50,147 nt of DNA from Octopus bimaculoides (taxonomy: Eukaryota): NCBI RefSeq assembly GCF_001194135.2, contig NC_068991.1:14295054-14345200 (forward strand), read 5' to 3'. Position numbers and translations under genes: made by a program. Positions 23,105-35,511 of this stretch are shown here, in pieces (the stretch's first letter is position 1; the number at the start of each line of letters is the position of its first letter). Under the pieces are notes generated by a model that made no database searches, was not told the DNA's origin, and worked only from the letters and a program-made list of their open reading frames with translations.

Positions 23105-24853
23105 TGACCTCAGTGGTGCCGATGGTGGTGGCAGTGAATGTAGTGAAGGTAGTTGTAATTTTGCTTTTAATCAAATTGTGATGGTTGTAGTGGCAATGGT
23201 GATTACCACAGTGGTGAGGGTAATGGTTGAGGTGTTGCAAGTAACAGTGGCATTAAAGGCTGTAGTGGTAGTAGCAGTTGTTCTAATGGTTGAGATGACT
23301 GTAATCATGGAAGTGGATTTAGTGGTGGTGGTGGTGGTGGTTGGAGTGGTAATGGTGATGATGATTATGATGATGATACCGGTGGTGGTTATCATGATGA
23401 TGATGACGATGATGATGATGACAAGAATGACGAAATGGTAGAGGTGATGTTGGTGAAGATAATGATGATGATGATGATTCTGATTATCATGATGATTATG
23501 ATTATGATGATGATGATGAGGAGGAGGAGGAGGAGGATGACACTAATGATGATGAATGAGAATGATAATGAGGAGAATGGCAATGGTCATGATAGTGATG
23601 GTGGTGGTGGTTATGCTGATGATAATGATGATGATGATGATTATTATGACGACAACGATAACAACAAAATGGCGGTGAAAATGCTGGTGAGGATGATGAT
23701 GATGAAAATATTATTTTGATGACGATGATGATGATGATGATGATGGTGGTAGTTGTAGTGGTGGTGGTGGTGGTGGTGGCAGTAGTGAAGATGATGTTAT
23801 TAATGAAGAATAACCATACACCCACACCCACACACACACCCATACACCCACACACACACCCATACACCCCCCCACACACACACCCATACACCCACACACA
23901 CACACAAACTCAATACCAATAAAAAAGCATGGAAAGGTGAAAAATAAACATCAGTGACAGTGATATAGTGATGAAAACAATGACAGCTTTGTGAGGTGAT
24001 GGTCATGCTTGGGAGTGGTTGATGGTGGAGAGAGCAGATTTGATAACAAGTTTCGAACCAGACGTGAATAGTGATAAACAATGATAAAACTAACAGACGG
24101 CTATGATGATGGCTGTGGTGGTAGTGGTGGTGGTGGTGGTGGTGGTAATGATAATGGCAGTGATGATGATGATAATAAATGACGATGCTGAAGACGATGA
24201 TAATGCTGATGATGGTGATGGTGATGGTGATTATAATGACGATTTTGATCATAACGACAAAAGACAGTGACGATAATGAAGATGTAAATATTTATAATAA
24301 CATGAGCAAACTGTTCATGTTAAATCATAATGGTNNNNNNNNNNNNNNNNNNNNNNNNNNNNNNNNNNNNNNNNNNNNNNNNNNNNNNNNNNNNNNNNNN
24401 NNNNNNNNNNNNNNNNNNNNNNNNNNNNNNNNNNNNNNNNNNNNNNNNNNNNNNNNNNNNNNNNNNNNNNNNNNNNNNNNNNNNNNNNNNNNNNNNNNNN
24501 NNNNNNNNNNNNNNNNNNNNNNNNNNNNNNNNNNNNNNNNNNNNNNNNNNNNNNNNNNNNNNNNNNNNNNNNNNNNNNNNNNNNNNNNNNNNNNNNNNNN
24601 NNNNNNNNNNNNNNNNNNNNNNNNNNNNNNNNNNNNNNNNNNNNNNNNNNNNNNNNNNNNNNNNNNNNNTGATGATGATGATCATGATATTGATGACGAT
24701 GATGATGATGGTGATGATGATGACATTGATGATGAGGATGATGGTGATGATGTTGGTGATGATGATGATGATGCAATTGATGATGACAGTGACGACGACA
24801 ACGATGACGACCACAACAACAACGACGACGACGGTGGTGGTGGTGGTAGTGGT

Positions 24854-24884
<31 letters not shown>

Positions 24885-25237
24885 TCAATCATGGTTGTGA
24901 TGGAGACACGACTGGCAAAGAGCATGGTAGGGTGTATTAGCAAGACAGTGGTAGAGGTAGTTGCCAGGAGGATGCTATCGGTATTGGTACATTGGTACAT
25001 TGTTGGTAGTTGCATTGCTGCTGTTGTTGTTGTTGTTGTTGGTAGTTTAGCTCAAAGCCAGTCTCGGTCGAGCGTCAAGGACATATTCCAGATGCACACA
25101 CACCTTCTCTTTTCGCAAATCTTGGACAATTGCAAGCTGAAATGTCATTTCTTTCTAAGGCTGTAGGGTGTTATTTGAGGTAATTTGGTTGCTGGTTCTA
25201 ATATGTCATGTGACTGCACATAAGCATCTTGTTACAA

Positions 25238-25287
<50 letters not shown>

Positions 25288-26130
25288 GGTGGTGGTAGGG
25301 GGTAGTAGATTTAACAGTGGTGGTTCTGGTACAGATAATGGTGGTAATGGTGTTGCTAGTGAACGCGGTTGTGGGGGGTAGTGATGGTGGTGGTGGTGGT
25401 AGTGGTGGTGGTGGTGGTGGTGCAGCATGGAAAACAGACATTAAATGCTGATGAGGAGGAGGATGATGTAGTGCAGATAATGATGGTGGTGGTGGTGGTG
25501 GTGGTAGTTGTTGCAGTGATTGTGGAGAGAAATAGTGGTGGTAGTTGTTGTGGTGGTAATAGTGGTGATGGTGGTGTGGTGCTGCATGGGAAACAGATTA
25601 AATGACGATGATAATGATGATGATGGTGATGTAGTGAAGATAATAGTGGTGATGGTGGTGATGGTGGTGCCGGCGGTGACAGCAGTGGTGGTGGTGATTT
25701 TGCAGTAGCGGCAGTGGTGGTGACAACAACATTAGCAGTTGTGGTTACAGTGCAGACGGTTGTAATAATGGTATGGGTGATTATGGTGTTTGTGGTGATT
25801 TTGGTGGTGGTGGTGGTGGTGGTGGTGGTTTATGGTGGTGGTGATAGCCATGTGGTTGTAGCAGGGGTTGTGGTTATATTGGCTATGATGGTGGGGGGGA
25901 GGGTGACCATGCCAGTAGTGCTGGTGGTTATCTGTAGTGGTTGTGGTGGTAGTTGAGTTGGTGGTAGTTGCGGTCATGGTGATAGTAGTGCTGCTCGTCA
26001 TGTTTGTGGTGATGACAGTGATGACGACCACAGCTGTGTTAATGGTGATCATTGTCGTTGTGGTCACAGTCATAGCATCAGTTGTAGATGTGGTAGTAGC
26101 TGTGGTGGTGGTGGTGGTGCACGTCCACCA
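23105..26130. repeat. 3-kb degenerate trinucleotide field (GAT/GGT/AGT)
   Basis: Continuous triplet periodicity with strand-consistent G/T bias; contains gap 24335-24669. Confidence 0.9.
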
Positions 26131-26479
26131 CAGCAGCAGTAGTTGTAATGTTGACAGTAACTGTCACCCGTGCATTATCATTAGATTTGCAAATCATTTC
26201 AGTGTCCTAATATATTCTGTTTTACTGCTCAGTAATGTTATATCAACCTGTCCTATCACATATCAATGAGATTAATGTCATCAACATGGCTTCCAATAAA
26301 TATGATGTCCGCCATCATGCAGTTTCCTTGTAATACACTATCATGATGTCTGGATGCAGTGTGTGTGTGTGTGTGTGCCTGTGTCTGTCTATCTGTCTAT
26401 CTATCTATTTATCCATTGACCTGGTGAAAGCCTTTGCCATGGTGCCTTGATTTTGCATCTGGTGGTGACTAGTAGAAAG

Positions 26480-26863
26480 TTGTTGTTGGCACTCCGTTGC
26501 TTACGACGTCGAGGGTTCCAGTTGATCCGATCAACGGAACAGCCTGCTCGTGAAATTAACGTGCAAGTGGCTGAGCACTCCACAGACACGTGTACCCTTA
26601 ACGTAGTTCTTGGGGATATTCAGCGTGACACAGTGTGACAAGGCTGGCCCTTTGAATTACGGGTACAACAGAAACAGGAAGTAAGAGTGAGAGAAAGTTG
26701 TGGTGAAAGAGTACAGCAGGGTTCGCCACCATCCCCTGCCGGAGCCTCATGGAGCTTTAGGTGTTTTCGCTCAATAAACACTCACAACGCCCGGTCTGGG
26801 AATTGAAACCGCGATCCTATGACCGCGAGTCCGCTACCTTAACCACTGGGCCATTGCGCCTCC
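26480..26863 (-). mobile_element. Full-length SINE A
   Basis: 9-bp TSD AGTAGAAAG at 26471-26479 and 26864-26872. Confidence 0.9.
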
Positions 26864-27174
26864 AGTAGAAAGCTAGAAGTAGATGAATGGCTAGTGAGAA
26901 CCGTTCATGCCATGTACAGGGATGCCATTAGCTGAATGAGAGAGTTAACAATGAGTACAGCAGAGAATTTAATGTGCAGGTAGACATGGGCCTGAAAACA
27001 AGGGGTACAAGCACACCTCTTAAGATTTCTGTGGAGTGCAAAATCAGAATTTGTACCCCTACTTACTTTACCTTGGTTTAGAAAACAGTTTGATGTTAAG
27101 TTTCTTCTGAAAGAGCAAAAAATAATAATAAATAATAAAAAACAATAAGACCTTGTGTGTAAAAATGTTTGGAC

Positions 27175-27364
27175 CTCTTACTTCCTGTTTCTGTTGTGCC
27201 TGTAATTCAAAGGGTCAGCCTTGTCACACTGTGAGAACTATGTTAAGGGTACACGTGTCTGTGGAGTGCTCAGCTACTTGCACGTTAATTTCACGAGCAG
27301 GCTGTTCCGTTGATCGGATCAACTGGAACCCTCGACGTCGTAAGCGACGGAGTGCCAACAACAT
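27175..27364 (+). mobile_element. 5'-truncated SINE A with small internal deletion
   Basis: Matches 3' half of 13696-14086. Confidence 0.85.
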
Positions 27365-27589
27365 CAATATAGTTGACTGCATAGAAAAATTAGAATTAAA
27401 ATTCCTAGTATCGAAACAAAACCTGAAATCAAATGGAATCAAAAGGTTTTAAGGTTAACTTAGTAAACACTAAAATTCTAATTAACAGGAAAATAAACAA
27501 AACATTAATTCCTTCAGGTGAATGTCCCTGTTCTATATATAGACAAGGTGTAGAGAGAAATTCTATATAGCGTGTTCAGTGCAAACTAT

Positions 27590-28375
27590 GGACACATCAG
27601 AGGTGCAGTGGAATGAAAGAAAGGTTAACAGAGAAAGAATGTTGGAAAGTATGTTCCAAAATGCCCTGGAGGCTTCTTAGAAATAGAAAATGGTTTCTGT
27701 TATCTAGTTGACCTAATTAGCAATGGAGGAGGATACATTGAAAGTATGGTTCCTAGAGTATGAATTAGATGAAGAAAGTTCAGAGAACTTTTATCACTGT
27801 TGATAACAAAAGGCCTCTCTGAGAATTAAAGGCAGCGAGCTGGCAGAAACGTTTGCACGCCGGGCGAAATGCTTAGCGGTATTTCATCTGTCTTTACGTT
27901 CTGAGTTCAAATTCCGCAGAGGTCGACTTTTGCCGTTCATCCTTTCGGGATCGATAAATTAAGTACCAGTTACACACTGGGGTCGATCTAATCGACTTAA
28001 TCCCTGTGTCTGTCCTTGTTTGTCCCCTCTATGTTTAGCCCCCTGTGGGCAATACAGAAATAAGAATTAAAGGTGGGTTATATGGTACCTGTGAGCAAAC
28101 AGTAGTGCTACATGATTGGGAAATTTGAAATGTGAATGTAGAGGTCATGTGAAGACTTGAAAGAAATGAAACAAGTATGCTCTGATGAATGTACAACATC
28201 AGTCTGTATTTATGACAAAATACAGATGTGGTTATAGAAAATTTGGGCATAAGAGGCATCAGATGTTGTGTACAGGAGAGAAGAATGTATTGGTATGGTC
28301 ATGTGATGCAGATGGATGAGAACAACAGTATAAAGAAGTGCCAATTGCTAAACATGGATTGTGGTTGTGATGCAT
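27590..28375 (+). mobile_element. RTE-clade LINE fragment split by SINE F
   Basis: GFCYLVDLISNGGG..KFRELLSLLITKGLS-LRIKG continues across the SINE; IRCCVQERRMYWYGHVMQMDE (RTE 'WYGHV' motif). Confidence 0.8.
27831..28062 (+). mobile_element. Full-length SINE F
   Basis: tRNA-like head with GAGTTCAAATTCC B-box; TSD AGAATTAAAGG at 27822-27832 and 28063-28073. Confidence 0.85.
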
Positions 28376-28700
28376 TCAGCTTTAGTAACAAGGTCATCAG
28401 CATAGAGTTCTCATGGGTAACTGGTCTATTATGGTCCAGAGAACCACGATAAATAAGATTGATAATAGAACCCTGATTAACTCATTATGGTTCTTTGCCT
28501 CCTTCATGAGATTCAACATTTTCAAATCAGGCTGCACCCCATTGTCTCATGTCTTCCTAGATCAGATCTCCCTCTTCAACAGGTTCCAACCAGATCCAGT
28601 TCTCAGCACTTCTTTATAAACCCAGCATGTTTGAGATTACTTTTTAGACATTTAGTGTACATGCATGATTTAGTTCTTTGATGCTTATTCGTTTAGTTCT
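28375..28700 (-). mobile_element. Internally deleted RTE LINE fragments
   Basis: Minus strand gives P*ELYADDLVTKAE (RT YADD motif) near 28380-28430 and an RTE C-terminal-like segment. Confidence 0.6.
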
Positions 28701-29212
28701 TTGGGTTCACTTAGTTCTTTGAGACTGAATTAAATCTAACTGGTTGTACACAAAGTGACAATGCTCTTTTCTTTCAGTCAAATCTCTTTCTGGAATTTGT
28801 GATTATGTGAAGAACTCAGTGAATGCATATACACAAATGCATGTGTGGAACTAACTCACTTTCCTACAAGGAGAATGCATGCCAGTTTAGTGCACAAGTT
28901 TGTGTTTCACAACCATTTACATATACGTATCTGGTGTCTGTGCATGTGTATGCCACATGCATATGTAAAAGCATGCATGTATTCATTCCAGGAAATGTAA
29001 ATGGAGAATCTATGGAATGTACTGTAAATTTTTCCTTCTTCTGCTAATTGATTGTATTTACAAAATATGTATGAGCGTCCTTTATTGTCTCTTTAAAAAA
29101 ATCCTCATCATTTCTAGGCATTTATGCAAATCTGTTGTTACATAACCTAGTGCACCTATGGTAGTTGGTACAAATGTAAATATAAAGCCTTCTCTTTATA
29201 TGTATGTGTCCA

Positions 29213-29515
29213 GTGAAGGCATGTGGCATAGTGGTTAAGGTATTCAGCCCCTGATCATAAGGTTGTGAGTTCAATTCCTAACGGCAAGACATTTTTTTTT
29301 TTTTGCATTGCACCAATCCACCAAAGCTGACAAAAATGAGCTGTATACATAATTAAAAGGGGCTGGCCTTATCACATTTTGTGTCATGCTAAATCTCCCT
29401 GTGAACCATGTTGAGGGTATGCATGTTTGTGGAGTACTCAACCACTTGCACATTAATTTCACAAGTGGGTTGGTCTGCTGATCGGATCACCTAAGATACT
29501 TGTCATCGTAACCAG
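29213..29515 (+). mobile_element. Older SINE: C-type head plus A-type 3' module
   Basis: GTGAAGGCATGTGGCATAGTGGTTAAGG head; GTGGAGTACTCAACCACTTGCACATTAATTTCAC 3' module. Confidence 0.65.
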
Positions 29516-30295
29516 TTTGTATGTATTGGCGNNNNNNNNNNNNNNNNNNNNNNNNNNNNNNNNNNNNNNNNNNNNNNNNNNNNNNNNNNNNNNNNNNNNN
29601 NNNNNNNNNNNNNNNNNNNNNNNNNNNNNNNNNNNNNNNNNNNNNNNNNNNNNNNNNNNNNNNNNNNNNNNNNNNNNNNNNNNNNNNNNNNNNNNNNNNN
29701 NNNNNNNNNNNNNNNNNNNNNNNNNNNNNNNNNNNNNNNNNNNNNNNNNNNNNNNNNNNNNNNNNNNNNNNNNNNNNNNNNNNNNNNNNNNNNNNNNNNN
29801 NNNNNNNNNNNNNNNNNNNNNNNNNNNNNNNNNNNNNNNNNNNNNNNNNNNNNNNNNNNNNNNNNNNNNNNNNNNNNNNNNNNNNNNNNNNNNNNNNNNN
29901 NNNNNNNNNNNNNNNNNNNNNNNNNNNNNNNNNNNNNNNNNNNNNNNNNNNNNNNNNNNNNNNNNNNNNNNNNNNNNNNNNNNNNNNNNNNNNNNNNNNN
30001 NNNNNNNNNNNNNNNNNNNNNNNNNNNNNNNNNNNNNNNNNNNNNNNNNNNNNNNNNNNNNNNNNNNNNNNNNNNNNNNNNNNNNNNNNNNNNNNNNNNN
30101 NNNNNNNNNNNNNNNNNNNNNNNNNNNNNNNNNNNNNNNNNNNNNNNNNNNNNNNNNNNNNNNNNNNNNNNNNNNNNNNNNNNNNNNNNNNNNNNNNNNN
30201 NNNNNNNNNNNNNNNNNNNNNNNNNNNNNNNNNNNNNNNNNNNNNNNNNNNNNNNNNNNNNNNNNNNNNNNNNNNNNNNNNNNNNNNNNNNNNNN

Positions 30296-30360
<65 letters not shown>

Positions 30361-30365
<5 letters not shown>

Positions 30366-30549
30366 CTGGTGCCACATAAAAAGAAATTGTACTGGTGCTG
30401 AGTAAAAGCACCTAGTACAATCTGTAAAGTGGTTGGCATTACGGAGGGCATCCAGCCATAGAAACCTTGCCAGACATGGAGTATGAACAGCCCTTCAGCT
30501 GATCAGCTTCTGCCAAACTGGAAAACAGACATTAAATGATGATGATGAT
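30361..30549 (+). mobile_element. Degraded RTE 3' UTR/tail (family D)
   Basis: GTGGTTGGCATTACGGAGGGCATCCAGCC..GGAAAACAGACATTAAA(TGA)n. Confidence 0.65.
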
Positions 30550-31852
30550 ATATATATATAGATGTGTGAATCCATGCATTGTAGACTTGTTCCCATCACC
30601 TAACGTAAACACCACCACCTGTCCATATTCATCTTGATGGAATTATTTGGGTTAGGTTTCCCATCTGAGAATAACTTATCCCTTTCTCCTGCCAATAACT
30701 GTGGCTTTCAAAAGCATATGGGCGTTGCTCTTCCTTCCTTGTAAAAAAAGAACATCACAACCATCACCATCACCATCACCACCAACACTAACAACAACAA
30801 CAATAGCAGTACCCTCAACAACAACAGTAGTAGTTGTAGCAGTTTCATGAGAAAGAACAGTGATGTAGAGGTAAATAAGTGGTTGAATATAAAAACAGTC
30901 AAAGAAAATATAAACAGAATTTCTTTTCTTAGATAGACATCGGCTATTTTATAGATCAGCAAATCAGCAAAAATCTTTCGTCCACAATACATTGATTATG
31001 ATAATAGCAAGATTAACAAGATTAGGCTGCGAGATAACACAATTGTGTTATACCACATCGTCAATGACATGTTTAAGAAGATTCAAATAAATCAACTCTA
31101 AGCTGTAGGATATGTCTTCGACAGTGTCGATTGCCTGAACACTTTCTGGCAAAATTTCTTTGCAAATCTCTCTCTCTGCTGATTGAGAAAAGAAGCTGTC
31201 TTTGCCAAGTGAAATTTTAAATAGCCAATTTAGTAGTGGAACACCATCTAACACTACATTAAATTGTACTATGATGCCCCCCCCCTTTTTTTGAAAGCGA
31301 CATATAAGTGTTCGGCTTTTGCTGAATAACTTGCATAAATAAATTTGTGAGCGGNNNNNNNNNNNNNNNNNNNNNNNNNNNNNNNNNNNNNNNNNNNNNN
31401 NNNNNNNNNNNNNNNNNNNNNNNNNNNNNNNNNNNNNNNNNNNNNNNNNNNNNNNNNNNNNNNNNNNNNNNNNNNNNNNNNNNNNNNNNNNNNNNNNNNN
31501 NNNNNNNNNNNNNNNNNNNNNNNNNNNNNNNNNNNNNNNNNNNNNNNNNNNNNNNNNNNNNNNNNNNNNNNNNNNNNNNNNNNNNNNNNNNNNNNNNNNN
31601 NNNNNNNNNNNNNNNNNNNNNNNNNNNNNNNNNNNNNNNNNNNNNNNNNNNNNNNNNNNNNNNNNNNNNNNNNNNNNNNNNNNNNNNNNNNNNNNNNNNN
31701 NNNNNNNNNNNNNNNNNNNNNNNNNNNNNNNNNNNNNNNNNNNNNNNNNNNNNNNNNNNNNNNNNNNNNNNNNNNNNNNNNNNNNNNNNNNNNNNNNNNN
31801 NNNNNNNNNNNNNNNNNNNNNNNNNNNNNNNNNNNNNNNNNNNNNNNNNNNN

Positions 31853-31894
<42 letters not shown>

Positions 31895-33028
31895 CTAGAG
31901 AAAGAGAGAGAGAGAGGGAAAAGAATGAGAGAGAGAGAGAGACTGTGAGAGTGAGTCTGACATTTGCATGGCAAATTTGAATATTTTTTACCCTTTTTGT
32001 GGTAACTGTTGTCTTTTCTAGTTATAATTGCTAGAGTTGTTTCACTAGGTTTTCCATCTTCTACAGTCTGTTACTCCCCTCTATCGCTATCTCTCCTTTC
32101 TCTCCCCTCTCTCTCTCTCTCTTTCTCTCTGTTTGTCCCTCTCCTTTTCATTTCTTTCTCCACTGGAATCTGTAGAGCCAATAGCTCACCAACAACTGGC
32201 CTGTCAATTATCTAGTCTCCTCTCTTCTTTCTACTCCACTATATTATGTGCATGTGTGTCTGCATGTATATGCATATGCACATATACAGCTCTATTCATA
32301 CATACACAAACACATATATACATCATCATCATCTTAACATCTACTTCTTCGTGCTAGCATGGATTGGACAGAGTTTATTGAGACAGATTTTCTATGGTCA
32401 AATACCCTTTCTGTCACCAGCCCTCACATGTTTCCTAGCAAGGTAATATTTTCCCCATGATCAGACAATTCATTCCATCTTTGAAGAAGATGGAATAGAT
32501 TGCCACTGTATGCTGGTGGCAGACTGCATGCAGGGAATTACATGAACTGTGCATCTATTCCTGAAACAGCTGTAAAGAACAATTTGTACATCTTCCTTTT
32601 CTTCAAGGTCGGGCTTAAACGACCAAAACCACATTTAAGAGCAATTTCAAAATGAATGAAAAGTAAAAACTTTTACCTTGTTATTTTCTACGGTCATACC
32701 TAGGTTTCGAATTTTATTTAGCAAATAATATAATTTGCTAGGTGAAATTCTCATCAGTGACCATGCCATAACTTTAACATATAATTAAGAGACAAATACC
32801 ACATGTCTCATCGTTATATATTATAATTTTTCAAATTCACCACATGAGTGTAGTTTCAGTCAGCATTTCTCACACTGGATTGCATGTTTGTTTCTCTTTT
32901 TGCCATTTGTGATTTTAGTTTTGATCTTGTACATAAATGAAGTTATCTCCTCAATCTGGGTCCTTTTTTTATTTTCTACAAAATGGGAAGTTACATTGTG
33001 AAACAGTTATTTTAATGAGTTGTCTTTA

Positions 33029-33140
33029 TTTATCGCCCGACGAGATACATCTGCACCACTGAATGCTCCTGAATTAGTTGCTGAGTGGCCTACCCACGAG
33101 GAATCGATGCTAGATGTGTCGAAACAATTGGCGTGATTAA
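33029..33140 (+). ncRNA. Degenerate type I hammerhead ribozyme, probably a Penelope pLTR relic
   Basis: Stem I TTTATCGC/GTGATTAA, core CCGACGA (U4>C), stem II GATACATCT/AGATGTGTC, GAAA, stem III ACAATTGG (ACAATTGT palindrome with one change), then AATAAA-like TAATAAAT. Confidence 0.55.
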
Positions 33141-33180
33141 TAATAAATTCACATATATTCATTCTTCCATTTCCCATATA

Positions 33181-33222
<42 letters not shown>

Positions 33223-33991
33223 GTATGTATGTACATATGGATATTTGCAGTTTAAAATGGTGAACTTGTTCAGTATTTACACAAAACAAAATCAGTTAAA
33301 GAAGACCATCAGAGAAATGACTCAAAAGATGTACAACTGTTACTTCTTCTTCTTCTTCTTCTTCTTCTAGACATTTGTTTACTCAACTGGTATTTAACGA
33401 AGTTACATATAATTATACACCCCAAGGAAACATGGTACATTAAATTAACCATGCATCAAACTGTTCCATAGAGTTTGTTATAATTATGTTTAACTTAGAA
33501 TTCCAACTATTGAAACATTAAATTCAGTTATGACTGCGTTTTTATTTTCAAATATGTAATATCTAGAAGATTTATATCTTGAAGAAAAAGAATGGAATCT
33601 GAAAAAAGAATGTCAAGATGCAAATATACATCGGCTGGTTTAGCTTTGTTGAAGATTTCTATCGAGAGATATAAAGTATTGACATTGTCAAAAGATAGCA
33701 ATGTTTCTCTTATTTTATATGTTCATATTTCTTGGAACTTTCAGTATAATTGTATATCTGAAGCAATAAATAAAATATTTTGATGTTTAGCTGAAAGATA
33801 TTCTCACTAAAAGAAGCATTAAGCTTATGCAGCTGTTGTAAATTTTTGAATTTCATTAGATTAGGGAATTTCAAGATTGTAAATGACAATCAATTTTAGT
33901 TTGACAAGGAGAAGGAAAAAAAAAAATAGAAGAAGCAGAAGAAAACTATTTCATTGATAAAGCATACTTTAGTAGCAGAAATATCTATCTA

Positions 33992-35130
33992 GATAACGAG
34001 TAGGGTGGCCTCTCTCACCCAGCAATGGACCAAGAGGAAGATATCCCTAAACGGTTAGGTGGTGGTGGCGAATGCATACATTGCATCTATCATCGATTAC
34101 CGTCTGACCGTCGTGCCTTGTCTTGACCCTACCAAACTGGAATGCATACTCTTCCGCTTTTTGTGGAAGGAAAACGTTCTCAAGCAACTCTGCGGTCTGG
34201 GACCAAACTTGTGCAACTTCAATTCCATAAAGGCATTCTATAGAGGATTAGAGGTGTTCTATAGAGGCATTCTATAGAGGAGGGGAGGTGTGACAACATT
34301 CTTGGGGAAAATCTGGGCGTCGATGAGGAACACCTGACCTGCCTGTTCAGGACAACTTTTGGGCCGGGACACATGTACAATCACCAGAGATCCCTAGCTT
34401 GGCAGTACTATCGGGAAGCATTGCTTGTTTGGAATAAGCTCTACAGGCACGGTTTGAGATACACCAGACTCTCTTGCCTGAGATGCGGTCAGAGCGATAA
34501 AACCGTTCTGCATGCACTCTTGCAGTGTTCAACCATTTCGGACCTGTGGGCTTATGCCGAATGGCTGCTATCACATGTGGGATGAATTTGGTTGTAGGCC
34601 AAGTCTATCATGAAAATTGCTCCACCACCTCCTCTTAACCAGGAAGGCAAAGCAGTTTTCATCGTACTGGTGACCATGGTGAAAGAATGTGTGGTGGACT
34701 CGAGCATAAAGTTTAGAGACAAACACTTTCCTCTCTGGCCAATCGCTCATCAACTTTTTCAAGTACCACTTGAAAAGGAAGGTGAGAATTGAGGGGAAAG
34801 TTTTATCTCATGAAGGATTCAATAAAAGGCGAGTGAATGTAGCAAAGATGGTACACGCAAATGACGAAATCTCTTAGAGCATGATCCTGTAAATTCAAAA
34901 AAGAGAGAAAGACCACTTTGTTTTCATGTTTTTCCCTCCCTGCCTGAGGTTACAGTGGGTTTTTTTGTAGGCTTTTCTTTCCACGTATAAACCTAATCTG
35001 TTTTTTAACATTTTTCTCTGTTCTGTGATACACGATACTTTTTGATAGGTTTTTTTTTCTTTCTATTTTCTTCTTTCGAAAAGAAAAGCTCTACATTGTA
35101 TTTTCTCCCCTCTGTGACTAATAAAGAAAT
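33992..35130 (+). mobile_element. 5'-truncated, degraded Tx1/L1-clade LINE (post-RT region, zf-RVT, 3' UTR)
   Basis: WTKRKISLNG*VVVANAYIASIIDYRLTVVPC..LECILFRFLWK; CLRCGQSDKTVLHALLQC cysteine motif (34475-34528); T-rich UTR ending AATAAAGAAAT. Confidence 0.8.
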
Positions 35131-35156
35131 CCCTCCATCCATCCATCCATCCATCC

Positions 35157-35511
35157 AACCATATCTGGCCCAAATGTTTCACCTGTTTTATATCCAAACC
35201 AACCAGATCTGGCCTCTCACACCTATCCTACAATGTCATTCTAAGAATTAACAATTGCATCATACAAGATAATCCTTGATTAATTGGTCAGAATAATCTG
35301 AATGCTAGAGGGTTAAACCCTTTAGTATTCATATTACCTTATTATTTTGAATTAATCATGGATTATCTTGTAGTTTAGAGATTTCAATTTTATGAATGTA
35401 TATTTCTAGAATGACATAATAGGGTAGGTGTGAGAAGCAGGATATGGCCAGTTTGAACATAAAACAGGTAGAATATTCAGGCCGGACACAGCCGGTTTAA
35501 ATGCCAAAGAG
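35157..35511. mobile_element. Two piggyBac-like MITEs in inverted tandem around one TTAA
   Basis: AATGCTAGAGGG-TTAA-A-CCCTTTAGTATT junction (35313-35316); second copy ends GCCAAAGAG-TTAA. Confidence 0.65.

Noticed and set aside
23019-26269. Asp-, His-, Val- and Met-rich ORFs resembling biomineral or His-rich proteins (also 35890-36315)
   Set aside because: Trinucleotide repeats are open in many frames on both strands; embedded LINE tails argue for non-coding origin.
26160-26345. Cluster of YY1-like, homeodomain-like and octamer-like motifs in unique sequence
   Set aside because: Short motifs are expected by chance; needs conservation or chromatin data.
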